Shown: positions 10,193-17,667 of the stretch, piece after piece
Layout: the number at the start of each line of letters is the position of its first letter
Position numbering within the stretch: the first letter of the stretch is position 1
NCBI GenBank assembly: GCA_964551455.1
Contig: CAZKDA010000006.1
Span: 1-48,834 of the forward strand
Direction of reading: 5' to 3'
DNA from: an uncultured Saprospiraceae bacterium
GTDB lineage: Bacteria > Bacteroidota > Bacteroidia > Chitinophagales > Saprospiraceae
DNA: 48,834 nucleotides
Position numbers and translations under genes: made by a program
The notes under the pieces: model-generated
Told to the model about the DNA's origin: nothing
What the model saw: only the letters and a program-made list of their open reading frames with translations
Databases searched by the model: none

Positions 10193-10675
10193 CTAAAAAA
10201 TGGTTTTTAAACGGTTTACAATTTCCAAAACTGCCGGGCAGACCAGCGTATTTTTGAAAGTCAAATCCAGCAACTGGTGCATTTTCCGACGATCAGTATG
10301 CGGATATTCGCGACAGGCTCGCGGACGATTTTCATAAACAGAACAATAATTATCCTGTCCCAAAAACGGGCAGGGCGCTTCGTTCAAAACATAGTCGTTT
10401 TCATCGTCCAGATGAAGATATTTTTCAATAAATTCCGAAGGGCGGATCCTGAAATGTTTTGCCAACCGCTCAATGTCTTTATCCAGAAAAACAGGGCTGG
10501 TGGTCTTGCAACAATTGGCGCATTCGAGGCAATCGATCTCCTGAAAAACCGCTTCGTGCAAGGCGTGGAACTGTTCGTCCAACTCCCGCGGATGCTGGCT
10601 TTTCAGCTTTTGGATAAACTGCTTATTGGCTTTTTTCCGGTCTTTTGCCTGCTTTCTGAATTGTGCAATGTCCAT
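10193..10675 (-). CDS. YkgJ-family Cys-cluster (zinc/iron-chelating) protein
   Basis: 160-aa ORF with CLECANCCKT followed by further Cys residues (CPFLGQDNYCSVYENRPRACREYP), the UPF0153 pattern. Confidence 0.7.
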   Translation of the reverse strand: MDIAQFRKQAKDRKKANKQFIQKLKSQHPRELDEQFHALHEAVFQEIDCLECANCCKTTSPVFLDKDIERLAKHFRIRPSEFIEKYLHLDDENDYVLNEAPCPFLGQDNYCSVYENRPRACREYPHTDRRKMHQLLDLTFKNTLVCPAVLEIVNRLKTIF

Positions 10676-10714
10676 GGTTCAAAAGTAGTGAAATATTTGC
10701 TGCCTGTATCCTTT

Positions 10715-10814
10715 GGGGGGATTGTGGGAGATGATGGGGGATAGTTCCGACAAGTCGGAATGATCCCCGTTGCGCCCACGGCGCGACTATCCCCAATCAT
10801 CCCCAAAATTCCCC
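10715..10814. repeat. palindromic mosaic intergenic element
   Basis: The left arm ggggggattgtgggagatgatgggggatag (10715-10744) is roughly mirrored by the right arm ctatccccaatcatccccaaaattcccc (10787-10814). The centre holds hairpin ttccgacaagtcggaa (10745-10760) and gcgcc-cac-ggcgc. Confidence 0.7.
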
Positions 10815-10845
10815 AGGACGATTTATGATAAAAAACCAATTTGAC

Positions 10846-10853
10846 TATATTTG
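10846..10853 (+). promoter_or_regulatory. Bacteroidota-type -7 box (TAnnTTTG)
   Basis: TATATTTG lies 22 nt upstream of the ATG at 10875. It overlaps the alternative TTG start at 10851, which argues for the ATG. Confidence 0.45.
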
Positions 10854-10874
10854 CAAAAACTAAAAAATAACGAT

Positions 10875-13049
10875 ATGACTAAATTGCTCAGAACCTCCAT
10901 CCTTGTAGTATTAATTTCCCTGATTTCCAACATCCTCATCGCCGGCGAAGGCATGTGGTTGCCCCTGTTTTTGAAACAGCTCAACGAAAAAGAGATGCAA
11001 TCCATGGGCATGAAACTGACCGCCGAGGATATTTACAGCATCAACAAGGGGAGCCTGAAAGATGCCATTGTTCATTTCGGAGGGTTCTGTACTTCGGAAT
11101 TGATCTCCGGATCCGGGTTGTTGCTCACCAATCACCATTGCGGTTATGGCAATATCCAGTCGCATACGACCAGGGAAAATAACTACCTCAGAGATGGCTT
11201 TTGGGCAAAAAGCAAGGCAGAAGAGTTGCCGAATCCGGGATTGTTTGCCACCTTTATCGTAAGGATCGATGAGGTGACCGACGTAATATTAAAAGGTGTA
11301 ACTGAGGAGATGGCTGACAATGAGCGACAATCCACAATTGACAAAAATATAGACGCTCTCATAAAATCCACCGAACTGAAGTCTTATGAAAAATATACAG
11401 TCAAACCATTTTTCAAAGGCAACCAATATTTTGCTTTTCTGACCATGACTTACAATGACGTCCGCCTGGTCGGCACACCCCCTGAATCCATCGGGAAATT
11501 CGGAGCAGATACCGACAACTGGGTCTGGCCGCGGCACACGGGTGATTTTGCACTTTTCCGTATTTATGCGGGGCCTGATAACCTCCCTGCCGAATATTCC
11601 GAAGACAATGTTCCGTTCAAACCAAAACATTTTCTGCCCATTTCTCTGGACGGTGTTGCGGAAGGAGATTTCACCATGGTTTTCGGTTTTCCCGGAAGTA
11701 CTGACGAGTACCTCCCTTCTTTTGCTATCGAACAACTGGTGGATGTGCTCAATCCGGCCAAAATTGCTATTCGCGATAAAACGCTGAAAATCGTGGATGC
11801 AAAAATGCGCACCGATGCTGATGTAAAAATTCAGTATGCTTCCAAATTTGCCCGCATTGCCAATTATTGGAAAAAGTGGATCGGCGAAAAGCAGGGCCTT
11901 GAAAAAACCAACGCTATCCAAAAGAAGAAGTCATTGGAAATGGAATTCATGGCAAGGGTTAGCAAAAACAAAACCTGGATGCTCAAATACGGCAACATGC
12001 TGAGCGATTTTGATAAACTTTATAAAGAATTTGAACCTTACGCGCTGACATCGGAATATATCAATGAAATAGTCGGACGGAATACCGAAATCCTGCGTAC
12101 CGCTGCACAAATACAGCGCCTCGTGGAAACTTATGACCAAAACGGCGAGGCTGAGTACACAAGCCTCAAAGATAAAATGCGCAAAAATTTGGATAATTTT
12201 TATAAAGATTACAGACCGGAGATTGACCAGCAGGTATTTGCTGCGCTTATCGAAATGTATGTCTCTGGCGCAAAACTCGGCGCTGCCGATCATATCCTTG
12301 AAGAAATGGCGGCTCACAATACCAAGGATTTTTCAAAAGTAGCCGAACAAAAATTTTCCGAATCAGCAATACCTTACCGCGACAAACTTTACAAAATCCT
12401 GGATAGCGATCCTGAATCTGCCGTCAATCAGTTGAAAAATGACGTCATTTACCGTTTTTCCGTGTCAACGGCTAATGCTTTCAGAACCAAGGTGGCTCCA
12501 AAATACCACGAACTAAATGCGCAAATCAATTCTCTGCAACGCAAATACATGGCGGCTTTGATGGAAGTTTTTCCTGAAAAAAAGTTTTACCCCGACGCCA
12601 ACGGAACCATGCGCGTGACATACGGGCAGGTAAACGGCTATGCTCCCCGCGATGCGGTAACTTATGCAACGACGACTTACCTGGATGGTGTGATGGAAAA
12701 ATATGTACCCGGAGATTATGAATTCGATGTGCCAGCTAAACTGATCGAGCTTTATAACAGAAAAGACTACGGCCAATACGCTGAAAATGGCAAAATGCCC
12801 GTTTGCTTCATCGGCTCCAACCACACCACCGGCGGCAATTCCGGCAGCCCGGCTATCGATGCCAATGGCAACCTGATCGGTCTCAACTTCGATCGCGTCT
12901 GGGAAGGCACCATGAGCGATTACAACTACGATGTTTCGATATGCCGGAATATCATGGTGGATATCCGTTATGTATTGTTTATTGTCGATAAATTTGCAGG
13001 AGCCACCCATCTTATTGAGGAAATGAAGCTGGTGCATCCGAAATCTTAG
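10875..13049 (+). CDS. S46 family dipeptidyl-peptidase (DPP7/DPP11-like serine peptidase)
   Basis: A signal peptide is followed by the family-typical GEGMWLP. The catalytic regions are LTNHHCG (His) and GGNSGSP (Ser). About 724 aa from the ATG at 10875; the ORF track starts at a TTG at 10851. Confidence 0.85.
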   Translation: MTKLLRTSILVVLISLISNILIAGEGMWLPLFLKQLNEKEMQSMGMKLTAEDIYSINKGSLKDAIVHFGGFCTSELISGSGLLLTNHHCGYGNIQSHTTRENNYLRDGFWAKSKAEELPNPGLFATFIVRIDEVTDVILKGVTEEMADNERQSTIDKNIDALIKSTELKSYEKYTVKPFFKGNQYFAFLTMTYNDVRLVGTPPESIGKFGADTDNWVWPRHTGDFALFRIYAGPDNLPAEYSEDNVPFKPKHFLPISLDGVAEGDFTMVFGFPGSTDEYLPSFAIEQLVDVLNPAKIAIRDKTLKIVDAKMRTDADVKIQYASKFARIANYWKKWIGEKQGLEKTNAIQKKKSLEMEFMARVSKNKTWMLKYGNMLSDFDKLYKEFEPYALTSEYINEIVGRNTEILRTAAQIQRLVETYDQNGEAEYTSLKDKMRKNLDNFYKDYRPEIDQQVFAALIEMYVSGAKLGAADHILEEMAAHNTKDFSKVAEQKFSESAIPYRDKLYKILDSDPESAVNQLKNDVIYRFSVSTANAFRTKVAPKYHELNAQINSLQRKYMAALMEVFPEKKFYPDANGTMRVTYGQVNGYAPRDAVTYATTTYLDGVMEKYVPGDYEFDVPAKLIELYNRKDYGQYAENGKMPVCFIGSNHTTGGNSGSPAIDANGNLIGLNFDRVWEGTMSDYNYDVSICRNIMVDIRYVLFIVDKFAGATHLIEEMKLVHPKS

Positions 13050-13339
13050 TAATTGGGTTTTGAATTTAATATCTAATTCAAATACGATGTAGAAAGATGC
13101 TGTTAATCAAGAAAGAAGCTGTTTAATTTAAGTACACATAAAAAATCATAATGGATCAGCGTAATTTTGCGTCAATAAAAACTAGAATACCCTTGTTTAC
13201 GCCTTTGCGTGACAAACACTAATAGCCATTCAAGTTGGTAAACTTTTTGAAATAGCCCTTGTCATAAAACACAACACACTGAAACAAACACTGATGCAAT
13301 AAAGGAAAAAATACCCCCTTTAAAGCAAATATCAGTGAA

Positions 13340-14518
13340 ATGTTAAAACACAAATTACCCGTACTGGGCATACTCCTGTGCCTGCCATTCCTTTCATTTT
13401 CCAATACCATATCCAAAGCGAAAGTCAAATTTTATTCTGCCGACGTAACGGTGGAATACGATCGCGAAATGTTTTTTAAATTTCGTACCTGTACGCGCGA
13501 CAAATGCCTGAAAGATTTTTTTGAAAAAATGGAACAGACCAATTACAAGGTGCTGCTGGACGATCTGTTGAAACACAAAGAAGGACTGCAACTTAATGAT
13601 TGGTTTTTTTACACCTTTGTCAGAAAATCCGTTGAAAAAATCTACGCGCAGGAATCGCAGATATATCATACCTTGGTATGCTGGTTTTTGTTTACAAAAG
13701 CCGGATACGACACCCATCTCAACACGGCGGTCAATCAATTTCTTTTCCTCAATGTAGCCACTACCGACAGGGTCTATGAAGCGCCGTTTTCGCGATACGA
13801 AAATAAAATATACATCAATCTCACTGCACTGTATTTTGGGTTGAACACAAGGCGGGCTTTGTACGAGATACCGGCTTACAAGCCCGAAACCGGTGGGAAA
13901 CTGTTTTCATTCGACATCGGTCAGCTTCCAAACATCCCTTCGCGGATCATCAAAAAAAACGTCAGGTTCAAGTTTGACAACCAGTCCTATTCTTTTGAAC
14001 TTGAAATCGACACGATGGCGAGGGCGCTGATGAGAAACTACCCGATCCTCAATGACGAAAGCTACTTTGAAGTCGCTCCATCAATTGAATTACAAAATTC
14101 ATTATTATCACAACTCAGGCCTCATCTAGCAGAAAAATCGGAAAAGGAAAAAGTAGAATTCCTGGTATCGTTCACGCGTACGGCTTTTAAGTACAAAATT
14201 GACGAAGAAATATATCGCCACAACAGGCCAATGATCCCGGAAGAGCTTTTCCTTCATGAATATTCCGACCACGAAGACCGTTGCGCTTTGTTTTATTATT
14301 TAATGAAGGAACTGACTACGCTCGACATGATCGTCATCCGGTACTATGAAGTTTACAAAACGATCGCAGTAGCCCTTCCCGAAGCAGTTGGAAAACCAAT
14401 CGTACACAATGGAATAAATTATTTTGTGTGTGATCCGACTGTTCCAAACAATTCAAAATCAATTGGTAAATTTCCTCCGGGTCTGACGGATGAGACTTTG
14501 GAGGTGGTGGGGAGGTAG
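13340..14518 (+). CDS. hypothetical exported protein
   Basis: 392-aa ORF with a signal peptide (LPVLGILLCLPFLSFSNT). It has no confident family motif, though the C-terminal segment YSDHEDRCALFYYLMKEL...AVAL...CDPT is noted. Coding-like composition and an intact long frame. Confidence 0.6.
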   Translation: MLKHKLPVLGILLCLPFLSFSNTISKAKVKFYSADVTVEYDREMFFKFRTCTRDKCLKDFFEKMEQTNYKVLLDDLLKHKEGLQLNDWFFYTFVRKSVEKIYAQESQIYHTLVCWFLFTKAGYDTHLNTAVNQFLFLNVATTDRVYEAPFSRYENKIYINLTALYFGLNTRRALYEIPAYKPETGGKLFSFDIGQLPNIPSRIIKKNVRFKFDNQSYSFELEIDTMARALMRNYPILNDESYFEVAPSIELQNSLLSQLRPHLAEKSEKEKVEFLVSFTRTAFKYKIDEEIYRHNRPMIPEELFLHEYSDHEDRCALFYYLMKELTTLDMIVIRYYEVYKTIAVALPEAVGKPIVHNGINYFVCDPTVPNNSKSIGKFPPGLTDETLEVVGR

Positions 14519-14570
14519 AAAATTTGTTGAGTTGCGGATATCGCCGTTGGCGTCACACGTTTGCGGATTT

Positions 14571-14606
14571 GGTGAGTTGTTGAGTTGTGAAGTTGTGAAG
14601 TTGTTG
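14571..14606. repeat. degenerate 8-nt tandem repeat (GTTGTGAA-type, reverse complement of TTCACAAC)
   Basis: ggtgagttg ttgagttg tgaagttg tgaagttg ttg has period 8 by eye. The same unit occurs in the opposite orientation at 29593-29618. Confidence 0.7.
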
Positions 14607-14645
14607 ATAACGCAATAACTTAATCACCACATTACCACATCGGAG

Positions 14646-14691
14646 CGAATCCCGCTTTTTCTCGAAAAAACGGGACGATGAAATCGGGATT
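14646..14691. repeat. ~45-nt conserved hairpin element, copy 1
   Basis: cgaatcccgctttttctcgaaaaaacgggacgatgaaatcggga is nearly identical to 46598-46641 (cgaatcccgctttttcgagaaaaagcgggacgatgaaatcggga). It contains a cccgcttttt/aaaaa(g)cggg stem and an outer atcccg/cgggat pairing. Confidence 0.8.
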
Positions 14692-14786
14692 ATCACATTA
14701 TCACATTATCACATTATCACATTATCACATCATCACATCATCACATCATCACATCATCACATCATCACATCATCACATCACATCAC
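14689..14786. repeat. 8-nt tandem array, (ATTATCAC)x5 then (ATCATCAC)x6 plus a partial unit
   Basis: Counted by eye from 14689. The array runs into the korB stop codon (tca at 14783-14785 on the + strand). Confidence 0.9.
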
Positions 14787-15835
14787 CTATACCGATCATT
14801 GATCGCCTTCAAGACATCGCTCCCCGGGCATAGTTCTTTTTCACGAAGTTTGTTTAGCGGTGTTTTAATAGTTTCCTGGAGAACATGCAAATCCTGGCTT
14901 TCGGTATCGATGTACAACAGACCAGTGAGGATTTCGCCATTTTCTTTGGCTTTTTGCAAGCGGTTGATGGCCGAGCGCCGGTCTCTAGGATCCCATTTTG
15001 GCGAAAGCTTGTGCAGGCGGATGAGCGAACCGTCGTGAAGGGTGACGTTGGCGGAAAGCCCTTCTTTATAATCCACTGTGATCTCCTCCTTGTGCGGCAC
15101 AAAATCGATCATAGCCGTGGCCTCCAAATGTTCGCGAACAAAATCATAGGATTTTGTCGATCCTTTGTTGTTGTTAAAAGTCACACATGGCGAAACGACA
15201 TCGATGAATGCAAACCCCGGATGCGACATGGCTGCCTTGATCATCGGAACCAACTGGGCCTTGTCGCCTGAAAAACTCCGCGCCACAAAAGATGCCCCAA
15301 GTTCCATACTCAAACCAACAAGATCAATACCCGGAAACACATTCCTGGAGCCTTCCTTATTGATCGAACCGAAATCGGCGGTGGCAGAGTCCTGCCCTTT
15401 GGTCAGGCCATAGCAACCATTGTTCATCACGAGGTAAACCATATTGATATTCCTGCGGATGGCATGCACAAATTGCCCCATTCCGATCGAAGCGGTATCC
15501 CCGTCGCCGGAAACGCCGAAATAGATCAGATCGCGGTTGGCCATGTAAGCACCCGTGGCGATGGAAGGCATTCTTCCATGCACGGCATTAAAACCATGTG
15601 AATTGCTCAAAAAGTACGTCGGCGTTTTTGAAGAACAACCGATTCCCGATAGCTTGGCAAGCTTATGCGGTTCTATCGACATTTCAAAACAAGCCTGAAC
15701 GATGGCGGCGCTGATGGAATCGTGACCGCATCCGGCACACAGGGTTGAGATACCTCCTTCGTAATCGGCTTTTGCGTAACCAATCTCATTTTTTGGCAAT
15801 TGCGGATGGCGGAATTTAGGTCTGATGTAAGTCAT
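14783..15835 (-). CDS. korB: 2-oxoacid:ferredoxin (acceptor) oxidoreductase, beta subunit
   Basis: 350-aa ORF with a TPP-binding region (GVSGDGDTASIGMGQF...NNGCYGLTKGQ) and N-terminal Cys residues (CAGCGHD). Its ATG overlaps the korA stop (ATGA, 15832-15835). Confidence 0.85.
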   Translation of the reverse strand: MTYIRPKFRHPQLPKNEIGYAKADYEGGISTLCAGCGHDSISAAIVQACFEMSIEPHKLAKLSGIGCSSKTPTYFLSNSHGFNAVHGRMPSIATGAYMANRDLIYFGVSGDGDTASIGMGQFVHAIRRNINMVYLVMNNGCYGLTKGQDSATADFGSINKEGSRNVFPGIDLVGLSMELGASFVARSFSGDKAQLVPMIKAAMSHPGFAFIDVVSPCVTFNNNKGSTKSYDFVREHLEATAMIDFVPHKEEITVDYKEGLSANVTLHDGSLIRLHKLSPKWDPRDRRSAINRLQKAKENGEILTGLLYIDTESQDLHVLQETIKTPLNKLREKELCPGSDVLKAINDRYR

Positions 15836-17667
15836 GAAACAGGTTCCATTTTTTTCTGTGAATGAAATGAGAGCGCTTGAATGATCTGCTCTTTGATCGT
15901 ATCGGCGGTGATGGGCATCCCATTGTAGTTCAAAACCGGGATCAGACTTTTTGGAACGACCTCCAACTCATTGATGATCAAAGTTCGGAATTGCGCGTCC
16001 CGGTTTTGTTCCACAATAAATACTTTCTCATATTTTTCAATAAAATCTTTGACTTCCCTGCAAAACGGAAAAGAAATGATCCGCAACGCATCGACAAAAA
16101 CGCCCTCGTTGTTCAACATCTCAATAGCTTCCAGTGCTGCAAACATAGTCGTTCCGAAAAATACCAATCCGTATTTGCTGGTTTTTTTGTTGGGATAGAA
16201 GGAAGGTTTAGGAACCAGATGTTTTGCGGTCTCCCATTTTTTGTCAATGCGATCCATTACTTTTTTATAAACCTCTCCGTCTTCGGTGTATTTCGCGTAT
16301 TCGTCGCGGGAAGTGCCACGTGTAAAAAAAGATCCTTTTGTCGGATGCGTTCCCGGAATCGTGCGATAACAGATACCATCGCCATCGACGTCGATGTAAC
16401 GCCCGAATTTTTCCATTTTATCCAGGTCTGCCGCGCTCAGCACTTTGCCCAGATCGTACTTTCGGGAATCATCCCATTCGATGGGCGGCGACATGTGGTT
16501 GTTCATGCCAAGGTCGAGGTCGGTCATTACAATAATCGGGGTTTGCATCCTGTCAGCGAGGTCAAAGGCTTCGACGGTCAGGTCAAAACAATCTTTGGGA
16601 GTGCTTGGGAACAACAAAACGTGTTTGGTATCGCCATGTGAGGCATAAGCCGAACTGAGGATATCGGCTTGTTGTGTCCGGGTGGGCATGCCAGTGGAGG
16701 GGCCGCCCCGCTGCACATTGATCAAAACCACCGGGATCTCCGCAAAATAGGCGAGTCCGAGAAATTCCGTCATCAGCGAGACACCTGGCCCCGATGTTGC
16801 CGTAAAGGCTCTGGCTCCGTTCCAGGTAGCGCCGATCACCATGCCCATAGCTGCAAGCTCGTCTTCCGCCTGGATCACGGCAAACTTTTTTTCGCCGGTT
16901 TCGCGATCCACCCTGAATTTATTTGCAAAAGATTCAAACGCTTTGACCACAGAGGTCGATGGCGTGATCGGATACCATGCGGCTACCGTAGCTCCGGCAT
17001 AGATCGCACCCAGTGCACAAGCGCTGTTTCCGTCGATCAGTATGTAGTCTTTGACATTGTCACGCCTTTCCAGGTAAAATGGAAGCGGATATTCAAAATT
17101 TTCTTTCACATAATTCATCCCCAACTCTATTGCTTTGAAATTTGGCGGGATCAGCTTTTCTTTTCTTGCAAACTGTTCGGAAATGATGCCCTTCACCACC
17201 TCCAGTTCGATATTCAGCAAAGCCACCAAAGCGCCTACATAGATCATGTTTTTGAACAATTGCTGCTGCCGGGGATCGCGGTAATGCTCCATGCACATCT
17301 GGATCATTGGAATACCAATGAAGTGAATATCAGGACGTAAGAATTCATTGTGCAATTTTTTGGAATTGTCATACATAAAATACCCTCCGGGCTTTACGGA
17401 GGCAATGTCCTGCACCATACTTTGCGGATTGACACAAACCATTAGGTCGATGCCGTCGCGGCTGGCGAGATGTCCATTTTCGTTGACACGGACCTCGTAC
17501 CACGTGGGTAAGCCCTGAATATTCGAGGGGAAAATATTTTTCGGGGAAACCGGGATCCCCATCCTGAAGATTGATTTTGCGAACATATTATTTGCGCTGG
17601 CTGAGCCGGTTCCGTTTACATTAGCGAAGCGCATTACAAAATCATTTACGCTTTTTCCTTTTTGCAT
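15832..17667 (-). CDS. korA: 2-oxoacid:ferredoxin (acceptor) oxidoreductase, alpha subunit
   Basis: N-terminal gamma-like domain (FANVNGTGSASANNMFAKS), then the pyrimidine-binding domain (GNSACALGAIYAGATVAAWYPITPST; SGPGVSLM). I place the start at the ATG at 17667-17665 (MQKGKSVNDF...), which overlaps the upstream TAA as TAATG. The ORF track extends it to 17760. Confidence 0.85.
   Translation of the reverse strand: MQKGKSVNDFVMRFANVNGTGSASANNMFAKSIFRMGIPVSPKNIFPSNIQGLPTWYEVRVNENGHLASRDGIDLMVCVNPQSMVQDIASVKPGGYFMYDNSKKLHNEFLRPDIHFIGIPMIQMCMEHYRDPRQQQLFKNMIYVGALVALLNIELEVVKGIISEQFARKEKLIPPNFKAIELGMNYVKENFEYPLPFYLERRDNVKDYILIDGNSACALGAIYAGATVAAWYPITPSTSVVKAFESFANKFRVDRETGEKKFAVIQAEDELAAMGMVIGATWNGARAFTATSGPGVSLMTEFLGLAYFAEIPVVLINVQRGGPSTGMPTRTQQADILSSAYASHGDTKHVLLFPSTPKDCFDLTVEAFDLADRMQTPIIVMTDLDLGMNNHMSPPIEWDDSRKYDLGKVLSAADLDKMEKFGRYIDVDGDGICYRTIPGTHPTKGSFFTRGTSRDEYAKYTEDGEVYKKVMDRIDKKWETAKHLVPKPSFYPNKKTSKYGLVFFGTTMFAALEAIEMLNNEGVFVDALRIISFPFCREVKDFIEKYEKVFIVEQNRDAQFRTLIINELEVVPKSLIPVLNYNGMPITADTIKEQIIQALSFHSQKKMEPVS

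Noticed and set aside
10851-10874. TTG start for the S46 peptidase (and the GTG at 42947 for the ABC exporter)
   Set aside because: For S46, the candidate -7 box overlaps the TTG, and the ATG at 10875 directly precedes the signal peptide. For the ABC gene the choice is less clear, and the ATG at 42980 was preferred only as the first canonical start.
14641-14660. tRNA T-arm-like string ggagcgaatcccgc
   Set aside because: There is no complementary 5' T-stem, acceptor stem, anticodon arm or D-arm around it. It is part of the 45-nt repeat element. I saw no tRNA-like cloverleaf elsewhere in the window, but a tRNAscan run would be the proper check.
14689-14786. Possible CRISPR arrays (also at 19649-19802 and 48725-48808)
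   Set aside because: The repeat period is 7-8 nt with no spacers, there are no cas genes in the window, and the units are far shorter than CRISPR repeats.
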